Below, one piece after another: positions 35,709 through 43,727 of a stretch of 64,000 bases of DNA (within the stretch, counting starts at the first letter, position 1; each line of letters starts with the position of its first letter). A program made the position numbers and the translations under genes. The DNA is from an uncultured Acidaminococcales bacterium (GTDB lineage Bacteria; Bacillota; Negativicutes; Acidaminococcales; JAISLQ01). The notes below the pieces were generated by a model. The model ran no database searches. It was given only the letters and a program-made list of their open reading frames with translations, and was not told where the DNA came from. The stretch is from the NCBI GenBank assembly GCA_964551985.1, contig CAZKFG010000001.1, positions 40,181 to 104,180 on the forward strand, read 5' to 3'.

Positions 35709-35993
35709 TTATTCTACAATAGCTAGAATATCTCTTTCACTTAAAATTAGATATTCTTTATCATCAAGTTTAACTTCTGTACCAGCATATTTTGAGAAAA
35801 TTACTTTGTCGCCAGCTTTAACTTCTACTGGGACTTTTTGTCCGTTTTCTAAAATTTTTCCTGAACCTACAGCAACAATTTTACCTTCTTGTGGTTTTTC
35901 CTTAGCTGTATCTGGTAAAACGATACCGCTTTTGGTTTTTTCCTCCTTTGCAAGAACTTCAATAATAACTCTGTCTGCAAGCGGTTTTAACAT
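35709..35993 (-). CDS. groS: Co-chaperonin GroES (Cpn10)
   Basis: [13 protein letters not shown]...[23 protein letters not shown]. 94 aa. Confidence 0.98.
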   Translation of the reverse strand: MLKPLADRVIIEVLAKEEKTKSGIVLPDTAKEKPQEGKIVAVGSGKILENGQKVPVEVKAGDKVIFSKYAGTEVKLDDKEYLILSERDILAIVE

Positions 35994-36031
35994 TCTTATT
36001 TCCCTCCTGAAATTGTTTTAACATTTAATTG

Positions 36032-36058
36032 TTAGCACTCATCTTAAAGGAGTGCTAA
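36032..36058. promoter_or_regulatory. CIRCE operator (HrcA binding site)
   Basis: TTAGCACTC-N9-GAGTGCTAA, a perfect consensus, between the candidate promoter and the groES RBS. Confidence 0.95.
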
Positions 36059-36068
36059 CCTAATTACT

Positions 36069-36097
36069 ATAATACAAAAAAGCTAAAAAAAAATCAA
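36069..36097 (-). promoter_or_regulatory. Candidate sigma-A promoter of groES-groEL
   Basis: The minus strand reads TTGATT, a 17-nt spacer, then TATTAT. CIRCE starts about 10 nt downstream. Confidence 0.5.
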
Positions 36098-36150
36098 CTG
36101 ATTTTTTAAAAAAACAATTGATTTTTTTATTTTATTTACTAATTATAGTT

Positions 36151-36251
36151 TTATCCACAGTTATCCACATAGTTATCAACAAGTATTTATCTTGATTTAC
36201 CAATGCTTTTGGCAATTATAAACAAATATACAGATGTTTGCCTGTGGATAT
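36151..36251. promoter_or_regulatory. DnaA-box cluster (4 boxes)
   Basis: TTATCCACA at 36151-36159 and 36161-36169 (both perfect). TTATCAACA at 36173-36181 (8/9). TGTGGATAT at 36243-36251, the reverse of ATATCCACA (8/9). Confidence 0.7.
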
Positions 36252-36257
36252 ATTAGT

Positions 36258-37277
36258 TTAATTACAAACAAGAGAAAGCGATGGTACAGCATTTAAATTT
36301 AAAGCACTAAATTTATCCTCTTTAAACATATAATAAGCCCTACAGCCTATCATGGCTGCGTTATCTGTGCAAAGTAGTGTCGGAGGGTAATAAAGCTTGG
36401 CATCCATTTTCACAAGATGATCTTGCATTTCTAATCGCAATTGATTGTTCGCGCTAACGCCACCAGCTAAAACCAACTTTTTCAACCCCGTCTCTTTTAA
36501 TGCCGTAACCGCCCTATCACAAAGCACATCTATTACTGCCGCTTGAAAACTTGCCGCTATATCTTTGTCATTTAGTTGCATATTTGCTTGTTTTGTATTA
36601 TGCAAATAGTTAATAGCAGATGATTTTAAGCCGCTAAAACTAAAATTATGCTTATCCGCCTTCATCGCCCTTGGAAAATCAATAGCCTTTTTATTACCAC
36701 CCAAAGCTAATTTTTCTATTTGAGGACCACCAGGATATGGCAAATTCATTACTCTTGCTATCTTATCAAAAGCTTCACCAGCAGCATCGTCTAGTGTCTT
36801 TCCAAGTAATTCAAAGTTATTATAATCATCAACTGTGATTAGCAAAGTATGTCCACCAGAAACAACCAAAGAAATAAAGGGAGGCTCAAGTTCCTTGTAT
36901 TCAATAAAATTAGCAAATATATGTGCCTGCAGGTGATTTACACCTATTAGAGGTTTGTTTAAACTATAAGCTAATCCCTTAGCTGCCGCAATTCCCACTA
37001 AAAGAGCCCCCACAAGTCCTGGTCCATAAGTTACTGCTATAGCGTCTATTTGTTCGAGCTTTATTTTTGCTTGTTCTAAAGCCATGTCAATTACCGGCAG
37101 TATCTGTTTGACATGATGTCTTGAGGCTATCTCTGGAACTACACCGCCAAATTTTTGATGAATTGGTATTTGTGAAGAAATTATATTGGACAAAACTTCT
37201 CGCCCATTTACAACCACTGCCGCGCTCGTTTCATCACAACTTGTCTCTATTGCTAAAATATAAGTATCTTTTCGCAT
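36258..37277 (-). CDS. tsaD: tRNA N6-adenosine threonylcarbamoyltransferase TsaD (Gcp/Kae1)
   Basis: ILAIETSCDETSAAVV, HHVKQ and GGVSAN motifs. Confidence 0.95.
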   Translation of the reverse strand: MRKDTYILAIETSCDETSAAVVVNGREVLSNIISSQIPIHQKFGGVVPEIASRHHVKQILPVIDMALEQAKIKLEQIDAIAVTYGPGLVGALLVGIAAAKGLAYSLNKPLIGVNHLQAHIFANFIEYKELEPPFISLVVSGGHTLLITVDDYNNFELLGKTLDDAAGEAFDKIARVMNLPYPGGPQIEKLALGGNKKAIDFPRAMKADKHNFSFSGLKSSAINYLHNTKQANMQLNDKDIAASFQAAVIDVLCDRAVTALKETGLKKLVLAGGVSANNQLRLEMQDHLVKMDAKLYYPPTLLCTDNAAMIGCRAYYMFKEDKFSALNLNAVPSLSLVCN

Positions 37278-37287
37278 TTTTATCCTC

Positions 37288-37743
37288 TTACAGCAAATCT
37301 TTTTTCATTAGTATAGCATCTTCATTATTATCCACATAATATCCACGCCTTGAACCAATAACTTCAAAACCAAAATATTTATATAGATTTTGTGCGACTT
37401 GGTTTGATTTTCTAACTTCCAAAAAAATCACTTCTGCTTTTTTTTCAATCGCTAAATCAATTAATTTTTGAACAAGTTGTTTGCCAAGCCCTCTACCGTG
37501 CAACTTTGTCTTTAAACCGATGTTTGTTACATGGGCTTCACCAATTATCAGCCAAAACCCAGCATAAGCGACAATTTCATCATCATAAGAAAGTACTATA
37601 TAGTTAGCTAATGGATTAGCCATCTCTTCTTGAAATATCGCTTTTGTCCACAAGCCTTTTAAAGCATCTTTTTCTACTTGCAACACGCTGTCTATATCTT
37701 CTTGTTGCATTATTTTAAATTGGCATTGTTTTTCTTGTCCCAT
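37288..37743 (-). CDS. rimI: Ribosomal-protein-alanine N-acetyltransferase (GNAT)
   Basis: GNAT core RGLGKQLVQKLIDLA...FLEVRKSNQVAQNLYKYFGF, located between tsaB and tsaD. An alternative start at 37710 gives a TAATG overlap with tsaB. Confidence 0.85.
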   Translation of the reverse strand: MGQEKQCQFKIMQQEDIDSVLQVEKDALKGLWTKAIFQEEMANPLANYIVLSYDDEIVAYAGFWLIIGEAHVTNIGLKTKLHGRGLGKQLVQKLIDLAIEKKAEVIFLEVRKSNQVAQNLYKYFGFEVIGSRRGYYVDNNEDAILMKKDLL

Positions 37744-38402
37744 AATATTTCCGCTTCCGATTTTTTTACATAATAAGGCTCTAATTCAAACATATCATCA
37801 ATGTCATTTTGCTTTATTCTTTCATAGCCTAAAATAGCAATGCTTTTAGCACAAGGCTTTATTAATTGCTTTGGTGCTAAAAATACATTTTCAGGCAAAA
37901 CAATATCATTTTTTACATCACCAAGCAAAAAACATTTTTCATCAAATCCAGATAAAGTGTCCAATGCCTCTTGGTAAGTTTTGAGTTGCATTGGCGCAAC
38001 CTGCATTAATTTATCTTCCCATTTATAGATAGTTTGATAAAAATTTCCCTTTTGTCCATCAATGAGTGGAGACAAAAAAGAGTTAAAGACAGGCATATTA
38101 TATGCTAAAGAAAGCATGGTATCTATTCCTACAATAGGAATTTTCAAAGCATAAGCCATAGTTTTTGCTGTTGCAATGCCTATCCTAAGTCCTGTAAAAG
38201 AACCAGGTCCTGTGCTCACAGCAATACCTGTTAAGTCTTTTGGCATTATATTAGCACTATGGAGTAAAAATTCTATCTGCACCATCATTGTTTGGGAATG
38301 GGTAAAACCATTATCTAAAGCTAGATTTGCCAAAATCTTCTCACCGTTATATAATGCTACCGTACAAACAGTAGTTGATGTATCAACCCCTAAAATCAGC
38401 AT
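37710..38402 (-). CDS. tsaB: tRNA threonylcarbamoyladenosine biosynthesis protein TsaB (YeaZ)
   Basis: MLILGVDTSTTVCTVALY... and SFTGLRIGIATAK. The track start of 38441 is an upstream extension. Confidence 0.9.
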   Translation of the reverse strand: MLILGVDTSTTVCTVALYNGEKILANLALDNGFTHSQTMMVQIEFLLHSANIMPKDLTGIAVSTGPGSFTGLRIGIATAKTMAYALKIPIVGIDTMLSLAYNMPVFNSFLSPLIDGQKGNFYQTIYKWEDKLMQVAPMQLKTYQEALDTLSGFDEKCFLLGDVKNDIVLPENVFLAPKQLIKPCAKSIAILGYERIKQNDIDDMFELEPYYVKKSEAEILWDKKNNANLK

Positions 38403-38856
38403 TTTCCAGCTCCTCACAAATACTTGTATACCTTTGACCATTAGCTTTGAAAATTATATGCCGCCCAAACGGTAAAACTTTAATTTCTATAACTAAAGAC
38501 TGCTCAGGCATAAACTTTACAAAAAGATCAGACCATTCCACAACCTTTATTCCCTTTTGTTCAATATATTCAAAAAAACCTGTCTCATCTAATTCAGATT
38601 CTGTTTGCAGTCTATACAAATCAAAATGCTTCAAAGTTACATCTTCTTTGTTATATTCGTTCATAATATTGAAGGTAGGGCTTGTTATATCATCACCAAA
38701 ACCTAACCCTAATGCCAAACCTTTGACAAAACTAGTTTTTCCTGCACCAATCTGACCATTTAGTTGTATAAAATCACCATCTTGCAAGAGCTTGCCTAAA
38801 CAAAATGCTAATTTTTGTGTTTGTTCAACATTAGAGCAAAAAAATTCTTTTAACAT
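38383..38856 (-). CDS. tsaE: tRNA threonylcarbamoyladenosine biosynthesis ATPase TsaE (YjeE)
   Basis: P-loop GQIGAGKTSFVKG and HFDLYRL. Confidence 0.9.
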   Translation of the reverse strand: MLKEFFCSNVEQTQKLAFCLGKLLQDGDFIQLNGQIGAGKTSFVKGLALGLGFGDDITSPTFNIMNEYNKEDVTLKHFDLYRLQTESELDETGFFEYIEQKGIKVVEWSDLFVKFMPEQSLVIEIKVLPFGRHIIFKANGQRYTSICEELENADFRG

Positions 38857-38921
38857 AAAACACCTATAAATTATTTTTTATTTTTTTATTATAGCACAAA
38901 AAAATAGCTATAAAGACAACA

Positions 38922-38950
38922 TAACATAAAAATAGCCACAATGTGGCTAT
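38922..38950 (-). terminator. Terminator after the gerM-like gene
   Basis: ATAGCCACA-a-TGTGGCTAT, followed on the minus strand by TTTTTAT. It overlaps the stop codon. Confidence 0.6.
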
Positions 38951-39501
38951 TTTTTTATAATACTTTCATTTCGTTTAATAGGATCAGTTAAATCAAGATG
39001 ACCACTTATAGTTTCTATTTTTTTACCTTCAACCAATATCTGTACACTATCTACCCCAGGTAATTCTGTCAGCGTGTTTACAATGGAACCGACAAGCAAA
39101 ATTTCATTCATTGAGCCACCAACTTTTTTTTGTAGCAAATCCTTACTAAAATCCACCTGCACTAAGGAACCTATCTTTTTTACATTAAGAATTTTTAAAC
39201 GCTCTGGGAAAAGATTGATTAGACCATCTTTTTGTGGAGAAGTTTTTATTAAAGTTTCCATAGACACTTGCAACAAATCGATATTGTCTGTTTTTGGTTG
39301 TTCGTATATCTCTCTAACTAATACATCATTGTTTTTATCCACTCTGTATACTGCAAAATATTTTTTTTGTAATTGCTCTGTTTCTTTAACAGTTTCTTGT
39401 TTTGATAACGATTTATCAGCTTTAGTATCTTGTAGCCAAAATACAACCCCTGTTGCAATAATTGCAATACATGCAATAGCTAAGGCTATTTTTTTAATCA
39501 T
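38947..39501 (-). CDS. GerMN-domain protein (GerM-like)
   Basis: N-terminal anchor, then the LVGSIVNTLTELPGVDSVQILVEGK pattern of GerMN domains. Confidence 0.7.
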   Translation of the reverse strand: MIKKIALAIACIAIIATGVVFWLQDTKADKSLSKQETVKETEQLQKKYFAVYRVDKNNDVLVREIYEQPKTDNIDLLQVSMETLIKTSPQKDGLINLFPERLKILNVKKIGSLVQVDFSKDLLQKKVGGSMNEILLVGSIVNTLTELPGVDSVQILVEGKKIETISGHLDLTDPIKRNESIIKK

Positions 39502-40559
39502 TTTTTCCCTCCAGCAGCACTATTAAAATAATCCTCTAATCCATTTGCAATGCTTGTAGCCATTTTGCTGCAAAACCAATTACTTTTTAAAAGTCTTTCT
39601 TCCTTCGGATTTGATATAAAAGCTATTTCAAGTAAGACAGCTGGCATAGGACTTCTTTTGGTAACATAAAAACCTGCTTGCCTTATACCTAAATCATCTA
39701 ATGCAAAACTTTTAATCATGTTTTTTTGCACACTATCTGCAAGCATACCGTCATATTTTGTTTTAGCAAAATAATATGTTGATATACCACCAACATCTCT
39801 ATTTGCACTTGCGTTATGATGAATGCTCACAAAAACATCAGCTTTATATTTAACACCTACATCAACTCTCGCCTGAAGCTCTTGTGCATCTGTAGATGAG
39901 GCGCTGTGAACATCATTATCTTTGATTCTAGTCATAAATACTTTCGCACCTTTTTTGACAAGCAAATCACGAAGCTTCAAGCTTATAACTAAAGTAGCAT
40001 CTTTTTCTCTTGTTTTGCCAAGTCCAATAGCACCAGGGTCACTACCACCATGACCTGGGTCTATTACTATAATTTTATCTTTTAAACTAGGCGTCAGATT
40101 AGTAGGATTTACAGCAGTCAGTGGCATTATTTCCACAATATCAATAACAACTCTATCTGGCTTTTTATTTGCTAGGTCTTTAGCTAAACCAAAAACTTTA
40201 TAGGTGTCATTTGTCATTGATTTATTAAAATATATAAGTATTTGACTTGATGTATCAGATACTTTTTTACCCACTACAGACTTTATAACATCAGATTTTA
40301 TAGGCAAAACACCAGTATATTTACCAATAGATAAATCTTTAGCCTCAATGATAAGTACTTTTTGCTTTTCATCGTATGTATAAGTTGGCTTGGTAGGCGC
40401 ATCAACATCAATAACAATACGCAATACTTTTGCTCCACTTGGAGAGTTAGGCTGCATAGCCCAGCGAATAGCGTTCATTTGATTCTTTTCTGCTGCCTGC
40501 ACTATATTTACTAACCCAAAAAATATTAAAGTAACTAAACAAATTAACTTTAACCGCAA
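39498..40559 (-). CDS. N-acetylmuramoyl-L-alanine amidase (Amidase_3) with an N-terminal AMIN-like domain
   Basis: VIDPGHGGSDPGAIG, SIHHNA and the LLEIAFISNP catalytic region. The N-terminal LRIVIDVDAPTKPTY...LIIEAKDL is AMIN-like. TTG at 40559 gives the signal peptide MRLKLICLVTLIFFGLVNIVQA; the track start is 40583. Confidence 0.85.
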   Translation of the reverse strand: MRLKLICLVTLIFFGLVNIVQAAEKNQMNAIRWAMQPNSPSGAKVLRIVIDVDAPTKPTYTYDEKQKVLIIEAKDLSIGKYTGVLPIKSDVIKSVVGKKVSDTSSQILIYFNKSMTNDTYKVFGLAKDLANKKPDRVVIDIVEIMPLTAVNPTNLTPSLKDKIIVIDPGHGGSDPGAIGLGKTREKDATLVISLKLRDLLVKKGAKVFMTRIKDNDVHSASSTDAQELQARVDVGVKYKADVFVSIHHNASANRDVGGISTYYFAKTKYDGMLADSVQKNMIKSFALDDLGIRQAGFYVTKRSPMPAVLLEIAFISNPKEERLLKSNWFCSKMATSIANGLEDYFNSAAGGKK

Positions 40560-40586
40560 TATCTCACCCCTAACACTATACAAACA

Positions 40587-40805
40587 TTAATCATCTTTCA
40601 TCAAATATTTTAATAAAGTTTCTGCTTGCCTTTTTAAATTTTGTGTAGCTTGACTGTCTATTTCAAAAGAAACACTTAAAACATCGCCTTCTTTTGCATC
40701 TTTAGGTAAAAAATCTTTAGAGCATTTTAAAATAGCAGAAGTTTCACATTCTATTAAAATGGCTACATCACCTTCTACCCTATCTAAAACCATTTTATTT
40801 ACCAT
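40587..40805 (-). CDS. DUF3006-like small protein
   Basis: 72 aa. The VLDRVEGDVAILI...LPKDAKEGDVL pattern. Confidence 0.6.
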   Translation of the reverse strand: MVNKMVLDRVEGDVAILIECETSAILKCSKDFLPKDAKEGDVLSVSFEIDSQATQNLKRQAETLLKYLMKDD

Positions 40806-40808
40806 AGA

Positions 40809-41681
40809 CTAACCTCTTTTACTGATTTTATAATTTTTACCATCTGATTGCACAACAACAGTTCCATCATCAGCTGTAATATATACATTCATATTATGAT
40901 TTTTGTAGCTTTTTATAATTTCTTTTTTAGGGAAACCATAGTCATTTACCTTCGCACAACTTATTATAACATCTTTAGCGTCAACAGCGTTTAAAAATTC
41001 TATCGTTGAAGATGTGCGGCTAGAATGATGAGGCGATTTTAAAACATCACTTTTCAAATTGCTTTTAAATTCCCTTACAAGTTTATGTTCTGCCTCTTTT
41101 TGAATATCCCCTGTAAGCAGCATAGAAAAATCACCTTTGACAAGTCTTAGAACAATACTGTTGTTATTCAAATCGCCATTAGTGTCTTTTAAAAAAGCAG
41201 GAAAAGGCGCCAAAACCTGCAAGACAACTCCGTCACCAAGTTTGTATTCGCTACCTTGTTTAGCTTTTTCAAACGGTATATTTTTATTTTTAATTGTTTT
41301 TAAATAGTCAATATATGTCTTACTTGTATGAGCAAAACCGCTATCTAAAACCTTTTTAACTGTAAAGTTTTTTAGCACCATATCCATGCCACCTATATGA
41401 TCGGCATGTGGATGAGTTGAGACAAGCAAATCTATTGTAGTTACTTTCTCTTTTTTAAGTAGCTCTAATAATTTGTCCCTCTCGCCAATATCACCACTAT
41501 CAACCAATACGGTTTCTTTGCCACTAAAAATTAAAATAGCATCACCTTGTCCAATATCTAAAACCTTTATAACTACGCCAGAAGTTATCGGAGTACCTTG
41601 TTTATCAAATTCCAACCCAAAAAGCTTGAAAATCGCTAAAGCTAATACAACAGCTAAAATAATTATTTTTTTAGCGCCCAA
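40809..41681 (-). CDS. MBL-fold metallo-hydrolase (ComEC C-terminal-like), membrane-anchored/secreted
   Basis: GQGDAILI and STHPHADHIGG. N-terminal hydrophobic anchor. TTG start after AAGAGGGGA. Confidence 0.8.
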   Translation of the reverse strand: MGAKKIIILAVVLALAIFKLFGLEFDKQGTPITSGVVIKVLDIGQGDAILIFSGKETVLVDSGDIGERDKLLELLKKEKVTTIDLLVSTHPHADHIGGMDMVLKNFTVKKVLDSGFAHTSKTYIDYLKTIKNKNIPFEKAKQGSEYKLGDGVVLQVLAPFPAFLKDTNGDLNNNSIVLRLVKGDFSMLLTGDIQKEAEHKLVREFKSNLKSDVLKSPHHSSRTSSTIEFLNAVDAKDVIISCAKVNDYGFPKKEIIKSYKNHNMNVYITADDGTVVVQSDGKNYKISKRG

Positions 41682-41693
41682 AAAAATCCCCTC

Positions 41694-43244
41694 TTATCCA
41701 TTATTCAAATCTGCTATCGCCCGAGGTATTGCCGAGATAATATCACCTGCTGCCATACCAATTTGAGCTTCTTTAGCTACAATGTCTCCTGCCAAAGAAT
41801 GAATATAAACTCCGCAAATAGCAGCAGCCTGCGCCGGTAGCCCTTGAGCTAAAAACCCTGAAATAATACCTGTCAAAACATCACCGCTACCAGCTGTTGC
41901 CATACCTTTATTACCATTAATATTAACAAAAATTTGTCCATCTGGCAAAGCCACAATTGTTGGCACACCTTTTAACGCAACAACTGTGCGCCATAAAACT
42001 GCAAATCTTCTAGCAATTCGTACGATTCCTTCTTGTTTCATCTGCTCTATGCTAAGCCCTGTTAGTCTTGCCATTTCACCTAAGTGTGGCGTTATTATAG
42101 CTAGTTGTTTGGTCTCTTTTAATATTTGGCTATTATCTGCAATAATATTTAGTGCATCTGCATCTAAAACAAGTTTTTTATCAGTATTTTTAATTATATC
42201 AATGACAAAATCCTTTGTAGCTCTTTTAGTTCCAAGTCCAGGACCAACAGCCAAGCAGTGAAAATTCTCTATTTTAGCAAACAAATTTTCTATATTTTCA
42301 ACAACTCCAATTTCCAAATCATAATCCAGTGAGTCTACCATTACTTCTGTCAATTTGACGGCTAAAATATCAAAAACATTTTTCGGAGTAAACAACTTAA
42401 CTATACCACTGCCTGAACGTAGTGCTGCTTCAGAACAAAGTGCGGCTGCACCACTTGTAGTTTTATTTCCTGCAACTACTGCTGTTTGTGCTTGATTTTT
42501 GTGAGCATCAACTGCTCTTTGAGGTAAAAAACTACGTACAAGATCAGCTGTTATAACATTTTGTTCTATATTGACAATATTGACAATATTATTAGGTATA
42601 CCAATTTGAGCTACTACCAAATCGCCTACATAACTTTTACCTGGTAACAAAAACAAACCCATCTTAGGTAAAACAAAAGAAATGGTACTTGTAGCCAAAA
42701 TAGCTACAGTTTCTACACTTCCTGTATCAGCATTAACACCACTTGGAATATCAATTGATAAAACAGGTTTATTGCTACTATTAATACACTCTACGGCATT
42801 GAAAAAATCCCCTTGTAGCTGACCGGAAAACCCAGTACCAAGCATCCCATCAATAACTAAATCAGCCCAAGCCACATGCAAATTAACCTTGTTCCAATCG
42901 GTATTTTTCACAATAAACTCTATCTTTACATTCATATTTTTAAGTATTGCAAAAGCCTTTTGTGCGTCGTTAGACAAATCTTGTTCCTCTGCCAAGACAA
43001 AAACACGAACTGTAATACCGCTATTGGCAAGATAACGCGCCGCAACAAAAGCGTCTCCACCGTTGTTTCCTTTGCCAGCAAAAACGCAAACTTTTTTAAG
43101 TCTATTATTGGTAGAGAACATTGAAAGCGATTGGTTTGCGACAGCGTAACCAGCGTTTTCTAGCAAAACAATGCTTGGCATCAAACCTTCTTCAACAGCT
43201 TTTTTGTCAATACTTTTAATTTCTTCACCAAGTGCTATTTTCAT
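41694..43244 (-). CDS. nnr: Bifunctional NAD(P)H-hydrate repair enzyme (epimerase + ADP-dependent dehydratase)
   Basis: YjeF_N GKGNNGGDAFVAARYL plus the C-terminal carbohydrate-kinase-like GSGDVLTG. The track start of 43319 is an extension. Confidence 0.9.
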   Translation of the reverse strand: MKIALGEEIKSIDKKAVEEGLMPSIVLLENAGYAVANQSLSMFSTNNRLKKVCVFAGKGNNGGDAFVAARYLANSGITVRVFVLAEEQDLSNDAQKAFAILKNMNVKIEFIVKNTDWNKVNLHVAWADLVIDGMLGTGFSGQLQGDFFNAVECINSSNKPVLSIDIPSGVNADTGSVETVAILATSTISFVLPKMGLFLLPGKSYVGDLVVAQIGIPNNIVNIVNIEQNVITADLVRSFLPQRAVDAHKNQAQTAVVAGNKTTSGAAALCSEAALRSGSGIVKLFTPKNVFDILAVKLTEVMVDSLDYDLEIGVVENIENLFAKIENFHCLAVGPGLGTKRATKDFVIDIIKNTDKKLVLDADALNIIADNSQILKETKQLAIITPHLGEMARLTGLSIEQMKQEGIVRIARRFAVLWRTVVALKGVPTIVALPDGQIFVNINGNKGMATAGSGDVLTGIISGFLAQGLPAQAAAICGVYIHSLAGDIVAKEAQIGMAAGDIISAIPRAIADLNNG

Positions 43245-43245
43245 A

Positions 43246-43617
43246 TCAACCCTCCAAAACGACTTGTGCCACTGCATACTCTTTACAATGGCTAATGGAC
43301 AAATGAATTTTTTGCACATTTTTACTTTGTGCTAAAAGTAAATAATGACCACTAAGCTCTATATACGGCATTTGTTCTTGATTATTTTTTACGCAAATGT
43401 CTGTAAAGTTCCCCTTGGTAAAGCCTGTCCCCAAAGCTTTAACAAGCGCTTCTTTAGCCGCAAATCTTGCCGCATAAGAAGCAAATTTTTGCTTGTTCTT
43501 CTGTTCACAATAACTTATTTCTGCTTGAGTAAAAAACCTGTTTAGAAAATTGTTCTCTCCAACAGCTCTTTTTATACGCTCTATTTCTATTATATCAATA
43601 CCTATGCCGATAATCAA
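43246..43617 (-). CDS. acpS: Holo-[acyl-carrier-protein] synthase
   Basis: IIGIGIDIIEIERI and FAAKEALVKALGTG. TTG at 43617 follows AAGGAGAA; the track start is 43671. Confidence 0.85.
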   Translation of the reverse strand: MIIGIGIDIIEIERIKRAVGENNFLNRFFTQAEISYCEQKNKQKFASYAARFAAKEALVKALGTGFTKGNFTDICVKNNQEQMPYIELSGHYLLLAQSKNVQKIHLSISHCKEYAVAQVVLEG

Positions 43618-43694
43618 AATTTTCTCCTTTAAATGCAAAATATACTTAACTATTTTACATTCTATAAACAATTACAAAAATCCTTTTAAAAAAT

Positions 43695-43727
43695 AAAAAA
43701 ACCACAGAAAAATCTGTGGTTTTTTTT
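43695..43727 (-). terminator. clpB terminator
   Basis: ACCACAGA-aaaat-TCTGTGGT with flanking T/A runs. Confidence 0.7.

Noticed and set aside
36061-36257. The DnaA boxes plus the adjacent AT-rich tract, interpreted as the chromosomal origin (oriC).
   Set aside because: No dnaA, dnaN or rpmH is nearby. Genes on both sides (groES and tsaD) are on the same strand, with no divergence of gene orientation here. The position matches known non-oriC DnaA-box clusters in Bacillus. It is kept as a finding, but not as oriC.
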